From NCBI RefSeq assembly GCF_018350175.1, contig NC_058372.1:3844001-3908000 (forward strand): 64,000 nucleotides of DNA, in the 5' to 3' direction. The position numbers were made by a program, and so were the translations under genes. The notes under the pieces were generated by a model that was not told where the DNA came from, did no database searches, and saw only the letters and a list, made by a program, of their open reading frames with translations. This stretch comes from Felis catus. Taxonomy: Eukaryota. Positions 36,560-49,300 of this stretch are shown piece after piece. Numbering within the stretch: the first letter of the stretch is position 1; each line of letters begins with the position of its first letter.

Positions 36560-37420
36560 GGGTGCGCAGGTAGTTTTGTACTGTTCCGTTGGCAGGCTTT
36601 CTCCGGAAAGCCCGGCGGCTGCAGCCCCCCCAGGACAAGGCTAGGAGGGGTCGGTGGTTCCCGGCCCACCCCACCCTGCAGGGGTCTCTTTACTCGCCTC
36701 ACTTCTTTCCGCTCTGCCCGCCTCAGACCCGGGGTCTCCATCTGCATCCCCTGAAGACTCCCCAGGATCAGCTCCTTTGCGGGAGCGCTCGCCCACTGAA
36801 GGAAACAAGGAAAACCGGGAGCGGCCGGGAGATTCCCAGGGCGCCGCGGGGCAGCAGAAGGGGGCGGGGCCGGCGTGATGGGCGGGGCTCCGGCGGCCGG
36901 AGGCGGGGCAGGGCTCGGAGGGGCGGACGCTGCGCCGCGGCCGCGGACTCGGAATCCGGTCTCGCGAGGTCTCCCCCGCTCCGGACAGCGGTGGAGTCTG
37001 GGCCGAGGAGCGCCGGCGTGGAGGGGCCGGTCCTGCGGGCCGCGCTCGGGCGCCTGCCCGCCCCGCGGGTGGCGTACACGACAGGCTCGAGGGGAAGGGG
37101 TGATGGCGGGTGGGACCTTGAACTCCCCAGAACAGGCCTCAGGAGAGAAGGGGGTGCTCCACCATCCCTGTGGCTCCTGGGGTGGGGGGACCTGGGTAAG
37201 ACCAAAGAAATGATCCCTCCGGGGGAGAGGCCCCTTCAGTGTCTCTATAGGAGCTCAAGATGTCAACCCTGGGCCTGGGCTCCCCGGGCTCACATCCCTT
37301 TGTGATTTGCCCGGGGCAGGCCGGCTTAGGTGTGTCGGGAAAAAGCTCTCCAGATCACACCGTGGGCTGCAGGCGTTGAGAACCACCGATCTGGGCCGAG
37401 TCCCCCACAGTAGTGAATGT
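36560..37420. promoter_or_regulatory. Orphan CpG island with GC boxes and a kappaB-like site
   Basis: CpG-dense; four GGGCGG boxes at about 36860-36930; GGGAGATTCC 36827-36836; no linked ORF recognised. Confidence 0.7.
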
Positions 37421-37897
37421 TTTTCTTTGTCGTCTCTACAACTGAATTAGGACTTTTTCTGGAGTGATGGAGGCCCAGAGAAGGGGTTGAATTACCCAGG
37501 GTCCCGCAAAGATTACATGATGGCGGTCCAAGAATTCATCTTTAGCAGGTCAATAGGAAAGTGCTTTGCAATTGTTAAATTAACAGAAAAACCCAATCTG
37601 TTGTGTTACATAGCTGGTGTTCTGTACCTGAGCACTTCTCACAACAGCCTGGGATTATGGCCCCGTATTACTCTCCAGGAAAGGGAGACCCAGAAAGGTG
37701 GCCTCACGTATCCTCTTGTAAATAAAACCAGACATAGATCTGTCCCATAGAGGGTGGAATTTTCTATTTTTAAACTTCACTTGATATATTTTATGGACCC
37801 CGGGTGTCCAGTAAACTACAGCAGGCATTTAGGATTGGCACCAAGATGTCAAAGAAAAATCAGTCCCGTCCTCAGATTGGAGAAAAGAGACACAGGC

Positions 37898-38361
37898 TGA
37901 GACGCAAGGCAGGTGGGAAGGAGAGCTGATGAGGGGGCAAAAGGGAAACGAAGGCAGAGCACAAGCTAACGCCCTACACCGCCTCCTCTGGAGTGGGGTC
38001 TGTGTGACATTCCTCAGGCGCCCCGGATGCCCAAAAACAAAGGGAAGGGAAAAACAAATGGTTAACTGCTAGAGCTCACAGTCACGCGGGACACGGGACA
38101 TGACTCTTCATCAGTTTGCAACTGTCTTAGTAATTTACAAGAAAAACGCCATCCCCAGAAACCTGTAGACTCACTTCCCTGGGACCCCCACCTCCATGGG
38201 AAAGAAAATCTTAGGTAATCAGTCACTCCTCACAATCCTAGGGCAGCTCTTTTCTGTCCCCAGGTCCTGTCCCTGTGCTATAATAAAATAATCTTTTTGC
38301 ACCAAAAACGTCTCAAGAATTCTTTCTTGGCCATTGTCTCCGGAACCCCCGCCTCCAGACA
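37898..38361 (+). mobile_element. ERV-type solo LTR (carnivore family)
   Basis: TG...CA ends, AATAAA near 38282, U5 block related to the LTR at 1.4-2.1 kb. Confidence 0.65.
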
Positions 38362-38906
38362 TGCCGGAATGAGTTCTGAGGGCTGAGAGCCCTGCCTGTG
38401 CACTGCAGTGAAGAGACGCCTGACTCCTAGATTAGCACGCGAGGGACCCTTTTCACTTGTCCAGAGACGCTCAGGGTAAATTCAAGCAGCCTGATTCTCT
38501 TGACCGCATGCTCGTTAACAGGCTCATCAAACACCTTCCTAAACAACACTTTCTTGTCTCCCTTACTCCCAGGAAGAAGGGAATTGGGATGAAAGGTCTT
38601 TGGAGTTTCCCGCTTGTCTACGTCCAGCTGCCTGATGAGTCTTTCCTTCCCTGGGAGTCGGGAGAAGCAGGCTGGCCATACAGGTGGGCATGAGGTGCGG
38701 GGCTAAGAGAGGTGGGGGGTGAGGATCAGGTGACACAGAGGCCCAGGGCCCGAGGCTGTCTGTGGGCAGAGAGAGTGCAATTACTGATGTGGAGAGTTCT
38801 AATAGACCTGGTCTCCAGGGAGAAGCTAGGCCTGAATCTGCCACACGCCAAGGACTCAGGGTGTCTGAATCTCCCTCCCTCCCTCGCTTAGTTTCAATGT
38901 TGACAC

Positions 38907-39103
38907 TTTTTTGTTGTTGTTGAGAGAGAGACAGAGTGTGAGTGGGGGAGAGGCAGAGAAAGAGGGAGACACAGAATCTGTAGCAGGTTCCAGGCTCTGA
39001 GCTGTCAGCAGAGAGCTTGACACGGGGCTCGAACCCAGGAACCCTGAGATCATGACCTGAGCTGAAGTCGGACGCTTAGCCGATGGAGCCACCCAGGCGC
39101 CCC
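38907..39103 (-). mobile_element. Can-SINE
   Basis: Reverse head gccacccaggcgcccc. Confidence 0.95.
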
Positions 39104-39149
39104 TAGTTGCTGAGACTTTAAGCCACAAGTTTCTTATGATAGATTGCAA

Positions 39150-39897
39150 AATTTGCCCCAAATGTATCTCATCCCACGTGTTTGTCTGCTTTTGCATTCA
39201 TAACGTTGAAGCTTCTCCCGTCAAGAAGTGGAATGTATTTGTCTCTCCCTTGGATCTGGGCTTGGCCAAGTGATTTCACAAATGTCACCGAAGCAGATGC
39301 TTGAAAAGAGCCAGGTGCATTGCAACCTGGTCCCCTCTTGGTTCTCTCATAACCTGAGCAACCACGTGAAAGAGGCTGAGCTTATCTGCCAAGAGGAGGA
39401 GGGACTCCAGGCAATAGCCTGCCAACCTCCGGACTCATGGGTGAGCCCATCCCGGACCAGGCAGGGCCCGCTGACTCTCCAGGTGTTAAAGAGACAGGAG
39501 AAGGCAGGACCGGGTTCAGCCACCTGCAGCCCTGGCTACAAGAACCTCCAGCCCGTGGAGGTTAAGTGTATTGTAAGTGTAATCGTTGGTAGCAGTTTTA
39601 AGCAACCAAATCTGGGGGTGGCTGGAGGCAGAAATTGACACGCATTCAGTGAATGGCCTTGACTTAGTCTTTTACAGCCATGACAGCCCACGGGTCCTTC
39701 GTGTCATCTCTTTCCAGGTACAAAAGCGCAGCGTGAGTCTGGTTTGTGCAGTGCAAACAAGGAAGAGGGTTCTCACCTGGAACCCAATCAGCCCAGCTTC
39801 TTGATCTTGGATTTCTCAGCCTCCAGAAGTGTGAAAAATAAATGTTTTCCGTTTAAGTCACCCAGCCTGTGGTATTTTGTTATAGCTGTCTGAGACA
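39150..39897 (+). mobile_element. MLT1 (MaLR) LTR fragments
   Basis: atcttggatttctcagcctccagaagtgtgaaaaataaatg...tggtattttgttatagc 3' end, plus an older MLT1 upstream. Confidence 0.7.
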
Positions 39898-41337
39898 GTT
39901 ATCAGATTTCATTTCCTTGGTGGCTGTGGGGGTATCTTTGTCAAGTTTTTATGTCAATGAGTTTGTAGCTTTCTTTTTTTTTTTTTTTAATCCACTAACT
40001 AGAACAGTTTAAATAATATCTGCATGTGGTGACCGTTGTCATCTACCTCAATGTCTAATCTCCCTTACTTCCTTGACGTGAGAATCTCGGAATGTTAGCC
40101 GGCCGCCTTGAAGAACGAGGCTATTTCTCAGTTCCCTAGGGGAGGTCTTAGACTAAGTTCTGGCTGAGACAACGCAAGCAGAAAGTTGTACGGTAGGTTT
40201 TAGGAAGCTACGTCAAAAATAGCTGTCGCATGCATGCCCTTTACTTCCATGTTCCCTTCTCTGTCCTGCAGCTTGGAATGCAGGGGAGATGGCAGGAGCT
40301 CTAGCCGGCTTAGATCCCAGCTGTGGGGGAAGGGCTGCGAACAGGAACCTGGCAAATCTGTGGAGTTTCCAGACCGGCCCCGGACTTTCTGGATTTCCTG
40401 GACTTCTACATCTGGACTGTTTTTGTATGGGAGAGACATGAACCTCTTTCAGCCACTATCATTTTGGGTTGTCTAGTCAACAGAACTCAATCTAATCTCC
40501 CAATAGCAATGCGTTGCTAGTCCTTTGGGGGGGAAAAAGTAGCCATAAAATCATCTGCTCTTTATCTGTTTTGTTTCCGTGTATTGGGATTCTGTTACTT
40601 CCTGAATGCCATTTGCATGTATTAGTCTGTTTCGATTTTCATTCCCCTTCTTGAATCAATTAGGTCATTCGATTTCTTTTAAAAAGTAATTTCTCAAAAT
40701 TTTCAAATTTATTTGCACGCAATTCTTCAAATTACTCTCAAAGCTAGGATTTCCTGCATATGCTCTCTTGATTCCATTTTACTTCCTGTTTTCTTTTTTA
40801 AAACTGCATTTGAATAGTCAAGGATTTATCCAGTATGGTAGCATTTTTCCCCTTAAGGACGAGCAGAACTTCGTTTTCTTTCTGGAACTTGCCTGCACCT
40901 GAATCAGTTTCTCATTTTATCTCTATTACCCTTATGGCTTCCAAAGGTTTGTTTTGTTAATTAAAAAAAAGGTCTTAGCTGAATGTTTATCATCGTTCTT
41001 TCCTATTCAGCAGGCTGTTTCACGGTATAGACTTCTCTGAGCAGAGTTCCACTGGGAAAGACTACACTTATGGATAAGATGGGACGGCAGGACACCTAGA
41101 GGTAGAGACGACTTAGTGACTTATCCTGCACAAAGGTGTGGTCTCTCAAATATCCCGTGGGTCTGAGGCTCCAGAAGTAGGTCCGTGCACTCAGAGGATG
41201 GGGCCAGAGAACGCATACGACTGGGGTTCCTTGGGGGGAGGGGGATCACTTTCCTCTTCCTATCTTACGTTCTCCAACTAGGGTCCCGTAAATTAGACTA
41301 AGAAAAGGCAAATAGGACACAAAGAGAAGTTATTAAC

Positions 41338-41760
41338 GTGTCGTGAGATCATAGAAAATATATGTATTGGTCACTGCCCCCAGTTCCTGGCACAGGGCTC
41401 CTAAATCCTTTGGAACTTGCTGAGTGATAGGAGCGTCTCTTGTTCTAACGAAGCAGCTTTGGGTGGCTGCTGGATAGCTCCAGGACGGGGGCAGGTCACC
41501 AGAAAGACCAAGCCATGGTTTAGAACTTCCAGAGTCATCCCACCTACCCCCCCCTCCACCCCACCCTCTGGAAAGGAAGGGAGGAGGGACTGGTAATGGG
41601 GTAACAGCTGATCGTGCCTTTGTGATGGAACCTCCATAAAAATCCCAAAGGTACAGGGTTTGGAGAGCTTCTGGGTTATGAACATGACCACGTGCTGGGT
41701 GACATACCCCCAACTCCATTAAGGACAGAAGCTCCTGTACTAGGAACGTTTTTGGACCTC
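41338..41760 (+). mobile_element. MER21-type LTR
   Basis: ttcctggcacagggctcctaaatcctttggaac...ggtcaccagaaagaccaagccatg. Confidence 0.75.
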
Positions 41761-41771
41761 ATCCTATGTAT

Positions 41772-41878
41772 CTTTTTTTTTTTTTTTTAAGTTTATTTAT
41801 TTATTTTGAGAGAGACAGAGACAGTGTGAGCGGGGGAGGGCAGAGAGAGAGAGGGAGAGAGAAAACCCCAAGCAGGCT
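41772..41878 (-). mobile_element. Can-SINE, partial
   Basis: Poly(T), gagagagacagag, aagcaggctcc. Confidence 0.85.
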
Positions 41879-42659
41879 CCGAGGCTGGGGACAGTCTTGC
41901 GGGACTGAGCCCTCAACCGATGGGGTCTGCTTGAACTTTAGTTACTTGTCAGAATTGAAATGAACAGTAGGACATTGCACCTGTCGTGAGAAGTGAACTA
42001 TCCAGCCAGAGTAGGTGGGGGTGAGAGGGTAGAGGAGAAATGGAGTTCTCCCTAGACACATGGGAGCACTCGGAGACGGAGAACTCAAAGGTGTGACTGG
42101 CACTGGGGCTTACAGCATCTTAACAAAGGAACCACTGACTTTTAGAGAAGGGATAAGACGAAGGAAGACGGCTTTCTAGGTGGTGCACTGAGTCCCCCAA
42201 GAAAATTCGTTTTCATTCTTTCTCTCCTTTCCATTCGGAACATCTCGTCGTAGACCACGTTTCATTCTTCTTTTCACACTTCACTTGTTGTTGCCCAGAC
42301 AGAGCTCGCTAGGCCCGGTGGGCATCCGCACTCGCCCCATCATCCGGGCCTAGGGCTCAGATGATTAATCCCAGGTCAGCGGTTAGAAGCGGCACTGCTA
42401 TTTTGATTTTCCTGCTCTTCCCTGCAGCTGGCAGACACAACTGCAGCTTTCCCTCACTCCCCACCCATGAGTTCGTACGGCATCCGACAAACCGGGAGAA
42501 CGCAGACCCCCTGAGCCCTGGGTCTCCCTGTGGGTCACCCAGAGACTCCTGTAAATCCAGGCTCTGAACCCACGGAGGGGCTGCAGAAGACGATGCATGC
42601 TCATTGCTATTCTCTTGCTTTCCTCGAGCTCAGGCTGACCATCTGTGGATTTCTGCAGT

Positions 42660-42770
42660 TTCCATCCATTCATTCAAAGCAGGTTTATTAAGTAGCCACA
42701 AGTGCGGCAGAGTTCTAAGTGCAACAGCAGCGGAAAGAACAGACCAAATTTCTGCCCTCAAGGGATTTCC
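42660..42770 (-). mobile_element. LINE-2 3' tail containing AATAAA
   Basis: ccattcattcaaagcaggtttattaag...ttctgccctcaaggg; TTTATT 42684-42689. Confidence 0.65.
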
Positions 42771-42816
42771 ATGATATTTTCTACGTTAGCTAAACCAGAA
42801 GGTTTTGCTACTTTCC

Positions 42817-43340
42817 TTACTTGTCTGGGGGAGGCAGGAACAAAGGAGAATGTTGATAAACCCGGAAGTAGGGCCGGAGAGTATCAGAGAAGGAGGCCCT
42901 CGGGAAGGTAAAGATGTGGGAGCCAGTGGTCATGTTGTAAAAGGATACAACCCCGACATCGCAGTCCAGAAAAACCCCCACAACCAGGGGCTGCTCCCTC
43001 AGATAAAGGGAGGTTAGGGGAGAGGTGAGCGCTACGTAGCCTTTCTTTACACATAGTCTGATGGCCCAGAATCCAGACTGAGGGCACTGTATCACGCCAA
43101 TGTCCCTATGCACATTTTCCAAACAAACTCCTAAATCCCAGCCAGTTCCTTCTCCTACATCTACTTCAAAGTACTGTCTTCCTGAGGTGAAGCCTTCACA
43201 GCCCAGGATACTGGGTAAGACGGTGAATCTCCTAGAGGAATTGCCTAGATTCTCCTGGAAGCATCCACGAGTCACTTGTCTCCGATCTTCAGACAGAATT
43301 AGCTCATGATGGGCTGTGTCTGGATCCAGAGTCACGTTGA
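42817..43340 (-). CDS. TRIM38: TRIM38 last coding exon (PRY/SPRY)
   Basis: ttccag|TC AAC GTG; [25 protein letters not shown]...[13 protein letters not shown]. Confidence 0.96.
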
Positions 43341-46300
43341 CTGGAAAAAAAAAAAGGTAACTAANNNNNNNNNNNNNNNNNNNNNNNNNNNNNNNNNNNN
43401 NNNNNNNNNNNNNNNNNNNNNNNNNNNNNNNNNNNNNNNNNNNNNNNNNNNNNNNNNNNNNNNNNNNNNNNNNNNNNNNNNNNNNNNNNNNNNNNNNNNN
43501 NNNNNNNNNNNNNNNNNNNNNNNNNNNNNNNNNNNNNNNNNNNNNNNNNNNNNNNNNNNNNNNNNNNNNNNNNNNNNNNNNNNNNNNGTGAGAGCACAGT
43601 TTAATTTAAGTTCAAGCAGCCTATGCTGGAACCCAAGCACCTCTCTTACTAGTGGCGAGAGCTTAGGCAAGTGATTCTCCGGGACTCAATTTTGTTACAT
43701 ATGAACTAGAAATTGTCATCTCTGTCACAAAGAATTGTGGGGGAACCGAATGAGTTTAGGTACACTTAATGCTCGGTAGAGTTCCTGGAATATGGGCAAG
43801 TGGCCAGTAAGTGGTAGTAATGGGAACACTATCATCTGCATCATCACCGTCTTAGTCACTCGGAGAAGTCAAGGACCAGAACTAACCAGGACAGCAAAAA
43901 TTACAGAATTGCAAGGAGAAACAGACAAGTCTACAATCATCACGCGGTATTTTACCACTCTGTTTCCTATAACTGATAGATCAGGCAGGCAAAAAAAAGG
44001 GAAGATCTGAACAACCCAACAAGCCCAGCCTAATAAATATATGTAAGGCTCGGCAATTAATAAACGGAGACTATGCACTTTTCTCAGGTATAGATAGAAG
44101 ATGTACAGAGTAAAGACTAGTCAGAAAGTAAGTCTGAACACATTCCAGTGAATCTATATTGCACAGACCATATTCTCTGACCTCAGTACAATCCGGTTAG
44201 AAACCAATAACATAAAGATAATAAAAAATATTCTAGGGGCGCCTGGGTGGCTCAGTCGGTGAAGCATCCTACTCTTGATCTCAGCTCAGGTCACGATCTC
44301 ACCGTTCTTGAGTTCGAGCACCGGGTCGTGCTCTGTGCTGACAGCGTGAAGCCTGCTTGCAATTCTCCCCTCTTTCCCCCTCTCTCTGCCCCTTCCCCAT
44401 GCTCTCTCTCACTCTCAAAATCAATAAACATTAAAAAAAATATTCTTGGGGCACCTGGGTGGCTCAGCCGATTAAGTGTCTGACTTCGGCTCAGGTCATG
44501 ATTTCGTGGTCTGTGGGTTTGAGCCCCGCCTCTGGCTCTGTGCTGACCGCTCAGAGCCTGGAGCCTCCTTTGGATTCTGTGTCTCCCTCTCTCTCTGCCC
44601 CTCCCCTGCTCACGCCCTGTCTCTCTGTCTCGCAAAAATAAATTTAAAATGTTAAAAATTTTTTTTTAATTTTAAGTTAAAAAAATATTCTAAATAGGAA
44701 ATGTAAATGTTGCTAAATCATAATATGATGATATTTGGACTTGAACAATAATAGAATGCTACATACAAAAAATTATACAGTGGGGTTAAGGTGGAATTTT
44801 CAGGAAAATTTTATAGCCTTTAAGTGTTTGTTTTAGAAAAAGAAAAAAGCTGGAAATTAAGAAGCTAACTATCCAACTTAAATTAGAAAAAGAACAGAGA
44901 AACCCAAAGAGAATTTCTTTTTTAAAAAGGCAAATAAACAGGGGCGCCTGGGTGGCTCAGTCGGTTAAGCGTCCAACTTCAGCTCAGGTCACGATCTCGC
45001 GGTCCGTGGGTTCGAGCCCCGCGTCGGGCTCTGGGCTGATGGCTCAGAGCCTGGAGCCTGCTTCGGATTCTGTGTCTCCCTCTCTCTCTGCCCCTCCCCC
45101 GTTCATGCTTTGTCTCTCTCTGTCTCAAAAATAAATAAACGTTAAAAAAAATATTAAACAAAAAAAGGCAAATAAACAATAAACCAATGAAATGAAAATA
45201 ATGCAATGGAGAAGGAAAAGCCAAAAGTGGCTTTCATGAAAAGACTAATACAACAAGCATACCTCTAAAAAGACTTATCAAAAGAGAAGATAAGAGAGAA
45301 GGCAAAATTGGAATGAATACAGAAATTTAAAAATTGAGAGAATTAATGATAAACTCTATGCTACTAATAAAACCGGCCATGTTAAGAGGCCCATGTGCAA
45401 GAGGTTGAGGGGTGCCTTCTAGAAGCCGAGGGCAGTCTCTAGCCAACAGCTCCCAAAAAGCCAGGGCCCTAAGCCCTACGATCGTAAAACAGTGAATGCT
45501 GCCAACAACCTGAGTGAGCTTAGATGGGGATTCTTCCCCAGTCTAGCTAGTCTCCATGAGAACCCAGCCTGGCCAACACCTTAATTTGCAGCCTTGTGAG
45601 ATCCTAACCGAAAGACCAACTAAGCTGTGCCCCGCTTTGTGACCGACGAAAACTGTGAGATTAATACGTGTGTGGTGTTTTAAGCTGCTATATTCGTTTG
45701 CCGGTAGAGATTATACAGCCGCCAAATCATTTCAGGTTAGCTCCGATTTTGTGGCCAAACAAGTTTTAGAACACTTTCAGTTTTCAGAGCTTTTTAAATT
45801 TTGTGATTATAAATAAGAGTAGTGGAAACACAGAAAGCACTGAGGGAGAGAAACAACAGAGCAAGAAGCTCTGGCTTTGGATTTGGTAAAATTTGGTTTC
45901 CATCATGGTTGTAGCATTTCCCGTCTGTGTTATCCGGGCCACGGTCCTAAAGTCATTTGGGCCAAAGTCCGTAACACTTACTTATCTTTCTTACGTCGTC
46001 CTGAGGGTTGAGTAAAATATTAACCACACACACTATGTCCCAGGCACTGTGCTAAGCACTTTACACACGTGGACACATTTACGGTTCACGAACAACCCAA
46101 GGAAGTGGAAATTCTTCCCATCCTCAGTTTTCAGCTGGGGAAACCGAGGAAGTTGTTTGCCTGGGACGACTCAGCTAATACACGGGAGAGCAGGAATCTG
46201 AAGGGTCTGCACAGATAACCAATATGCTATGTCTCCGCTGAAGTACCACTAAACGTCACTAAATGACCTCTCTGGCTATGAGCCTGCCCGGGGACAGGTG

Positions 46301-49300
46301 GCGAATGTGATTACCACATAAGGTCCCTCCCACCCATAGCATTTCGGGATTCTTCACATACCTTGATAGCGCCTTAACATCTTCTTCATATCAAAATAAA
46401 GCTCAGAAACACTGCACACAGTATGAACTTCCAAAGAATGGGCCTCTGGTGTTTCCAGCTTCACAGCCGAACTCCTAGAACAAGGAGAGGCCAAGGGTCT
46501 CTTCAGTGATACATTCCATTCAACTCGGTCTACCCAGGCCCTCCCCTCCCGCATTCATATAGGACTTACCTGCGCAAAGTCTCTTTCACGTCCTACAGAG
46601 AAACAAAGACAAAAAGGGAGTGTGAGAACCTGAGTATTTCGTGAGGATTGGCGCACGGGCTGCTCTCCGGAAATGCTCCTTCCAAAGAAGCACAGAGAGT
46701 GACCCCGGCCTCAGATACTGACGGACACTAGATAGAGTCATCCCCACCCCAGCCTCCTGCGACGTTCGGCACGACAGGACGCTCGCCAGCCTCTGAGTCT
46801 GTTCTCTGCCTTGCTGGGATCTGTGGGAAGCTGCGGGGTCTGCAGTCACAGCCTGTGGGATGCTGACGCAAGAGGCCAGAAGCTTTGCCCACGCGCCCGC
46901 TGGCAAGACTTCCTTCTTGCCTTCACCTCGTTTCTTTCAGAGCGAGCCCATATTAAAGACCAGCTGCCACAAAGGGTCCTTCGTGGCGAATCCACGCACA
47001 GCCCCCTGCAAATGGGCCACGAAGATGGTGGGGACAGTTATCACACAGTGATACGGCAGGTCACGTACAGTCTCCCACTTACAGCGGGAGAACCTCTAGT
47101 TCCATTAGCGGAAACTAGAACGAACAGTTCCTGGCATAGTTGACCTTACTGGGCTGGGTCTTTCGTTCAGCTGAAAGAAGGCCCCATAAGGGCCGTGGGG
47201 GGCTCTATGAACAAATCAGGGAAAACTGTCACTCACGCTGGCTGCCCCACCTGAACATCCGCCAGTCTCCCGGCGGAGCATTTCAGGAGGCAGTTTGACA
47301 GTCAGGGTTCCGTGCACATGGGACAGAGGCCGATGGCGGCAAAAGTTACCCCATGATCCTGTTCGGCCAAGGACCCCACCACGTCCACCCAGTGGGGGTC
47401 TAGTTTTCTGATTCGCATAAAGGTACCCTATAGACTAGTGAAGGCCACCCTGTAGATACCGAGGTGTATCTAAACGTTCCTTTAAATTCCCCTCATCAAC
47501 GTGCCACTTTTGAGCGAGACAGGCAACTTGCCAATCTTCCCACGCTCCCTCACCCTTCGTCTCTTTTTTTTTTTTTTACATTTATTTACTTTTGAGAAAC
47601 AGAGTGAGACAAGGCGTGAGCGGGGGAGGGGCAGACAGAGAAGGAGACACAGAATCCGAAGGAGGCTCCAGGCCCCGAGCGGTCAGCCCAGAGCCCGACG
47701 CGGGGCTCGAACCCACGAACCGTGAGATCATGACCTGAGCCGAAGTCGGACGCTCAACCGACTGAGCCACCCAGGGGCCCCGCCCTTCTTCTCTTAACAG
47801 GTCGAGGGTGCCTCCCCACAAGCGCATGGCCCCACCTGCAGCAACTTCTGGGCTGAGCTCTGACATCTCTTCTCCAGTTCCAGGATGTGACTCTTGAGCT
47901 CCTGGCTCTTCTGTTTCAGAGTGGCCTCGTTATCCATCAGTCTCTGTAGAGTCTGCTTGTTCTCTCTCTCCAGTCTCCACAGGTAAGACTTCTCCTCTTC
48001 ATGCAAAAAGCTCTGAAGATTCTGGAAGTCAGACTGGATTTTTTGTTTCTGACTCTCTATCTTCTCCTAGAGTCAAGAAAGTAAGCTCAGAAGGCAGAAA
48101 CAGGCCGAATGCCCGTCAGCGGGTGAAGCGATGAAACGTGGCGGATAGGCAACGGCATGCTACCGAGCCGCGACGAGGAACGAAATTCGGACACACGCTA
48201 CAACACGGGTGAACCTTAAAGGCGTGATGCTAAGTGACATAAGCCAGACACAAAAGGACAAATGTAGGATTCCGCTTACATGAGGTACGTAGACTCGTCA
48301 AATTCATAGAGACAGAAAGTGGGAGAGTGGTTACCAAGAGCTGAGAGGAGAAAGGAACGGGGAGTTGAGCGTGTAGTGGGCACAGTTTCAGTTTGGGCTG
48401 ATGAAAAGGTTCCGGAGAGGGGTTCCCACCAGTGGTTCCCGCCGATAGGTGGCGGTGATGGTTGCACAATAACGAGAAAATACTTAGTGCCACGGAATTG
48501 TACACTCGCGAAGGATTGAAACAGTAAATTCTGTGTTACGTATACTTTAACATACACGCGGAAGAAAAGTTTTCACAGCTACTGTGACATCCTTTTCCCA
48601 GGAGTCACTGGAGCTGGATGACTGTCACAAATTTCCTCTGTAGGCTGTTCTCAGATGTGGGAGAGTTGTCACAATTCTACACAGTCACCCGATCGATTCC
48701 CTTCTTCGGCCAAATGCAGGAGGAAGGAGGGGCGGGAGCGCCAGATAATTTGATCATGGAACCAGGGCTGAAGCCAAACGCTTTAAAGGTTTACAGAGGG
48801 GGGGGGGAAACCCCAGTTTTTATTTGGGATATAAAGAGGTATTTCTGGGCCTGAGGGAATGGCCCGAAGCAAAAGCTCGCCATGAACATCTGGAGACGTG
48901 ACTCTAAGACAACAGGCCAGCAGGGAAGGTCAGTGCTACCAGCAGGGGGAGGTCGGGGTGGAAGGATTTTATCATAGTTATGTGTAGACTGACAGAAGCC
49001 AGACGACACATCTTGTGGGACCAGGCTTTCATTTTGGGAGATACAGAACTGCACTTTCCACCAGTGCTTTCCCAATTCAAGCAGTGTTTGGATGACTGAC
49101 ATGTCGTGCTAAAAGTGTCCTGGGTGGGTTTTCCGTATATATTAGTGTTTTTTGTTTTTTTTTCTTCTTGAGACAGAAGGCACAAGCAGGGGAGGGGCAG
49201 AGGGAGAGGGAGAGAGAGAATCTCAAGCAGACTCCATGCACCAGTGCGGAGCCCGACGCAGGGCTCGATCTCACGACCGTGAAACCGTGAGCTGAGCTGA

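Larger units (their letters stand above)
43870..45360 (+). mobile_element. Old LINE-1 endonuclease-region fragments, interrupted by three SINEs
   Basis: gaattgcaaggagaaacagacaagtctacaatc...ttctctgacctcagtacaat. Confidence 0.65.
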
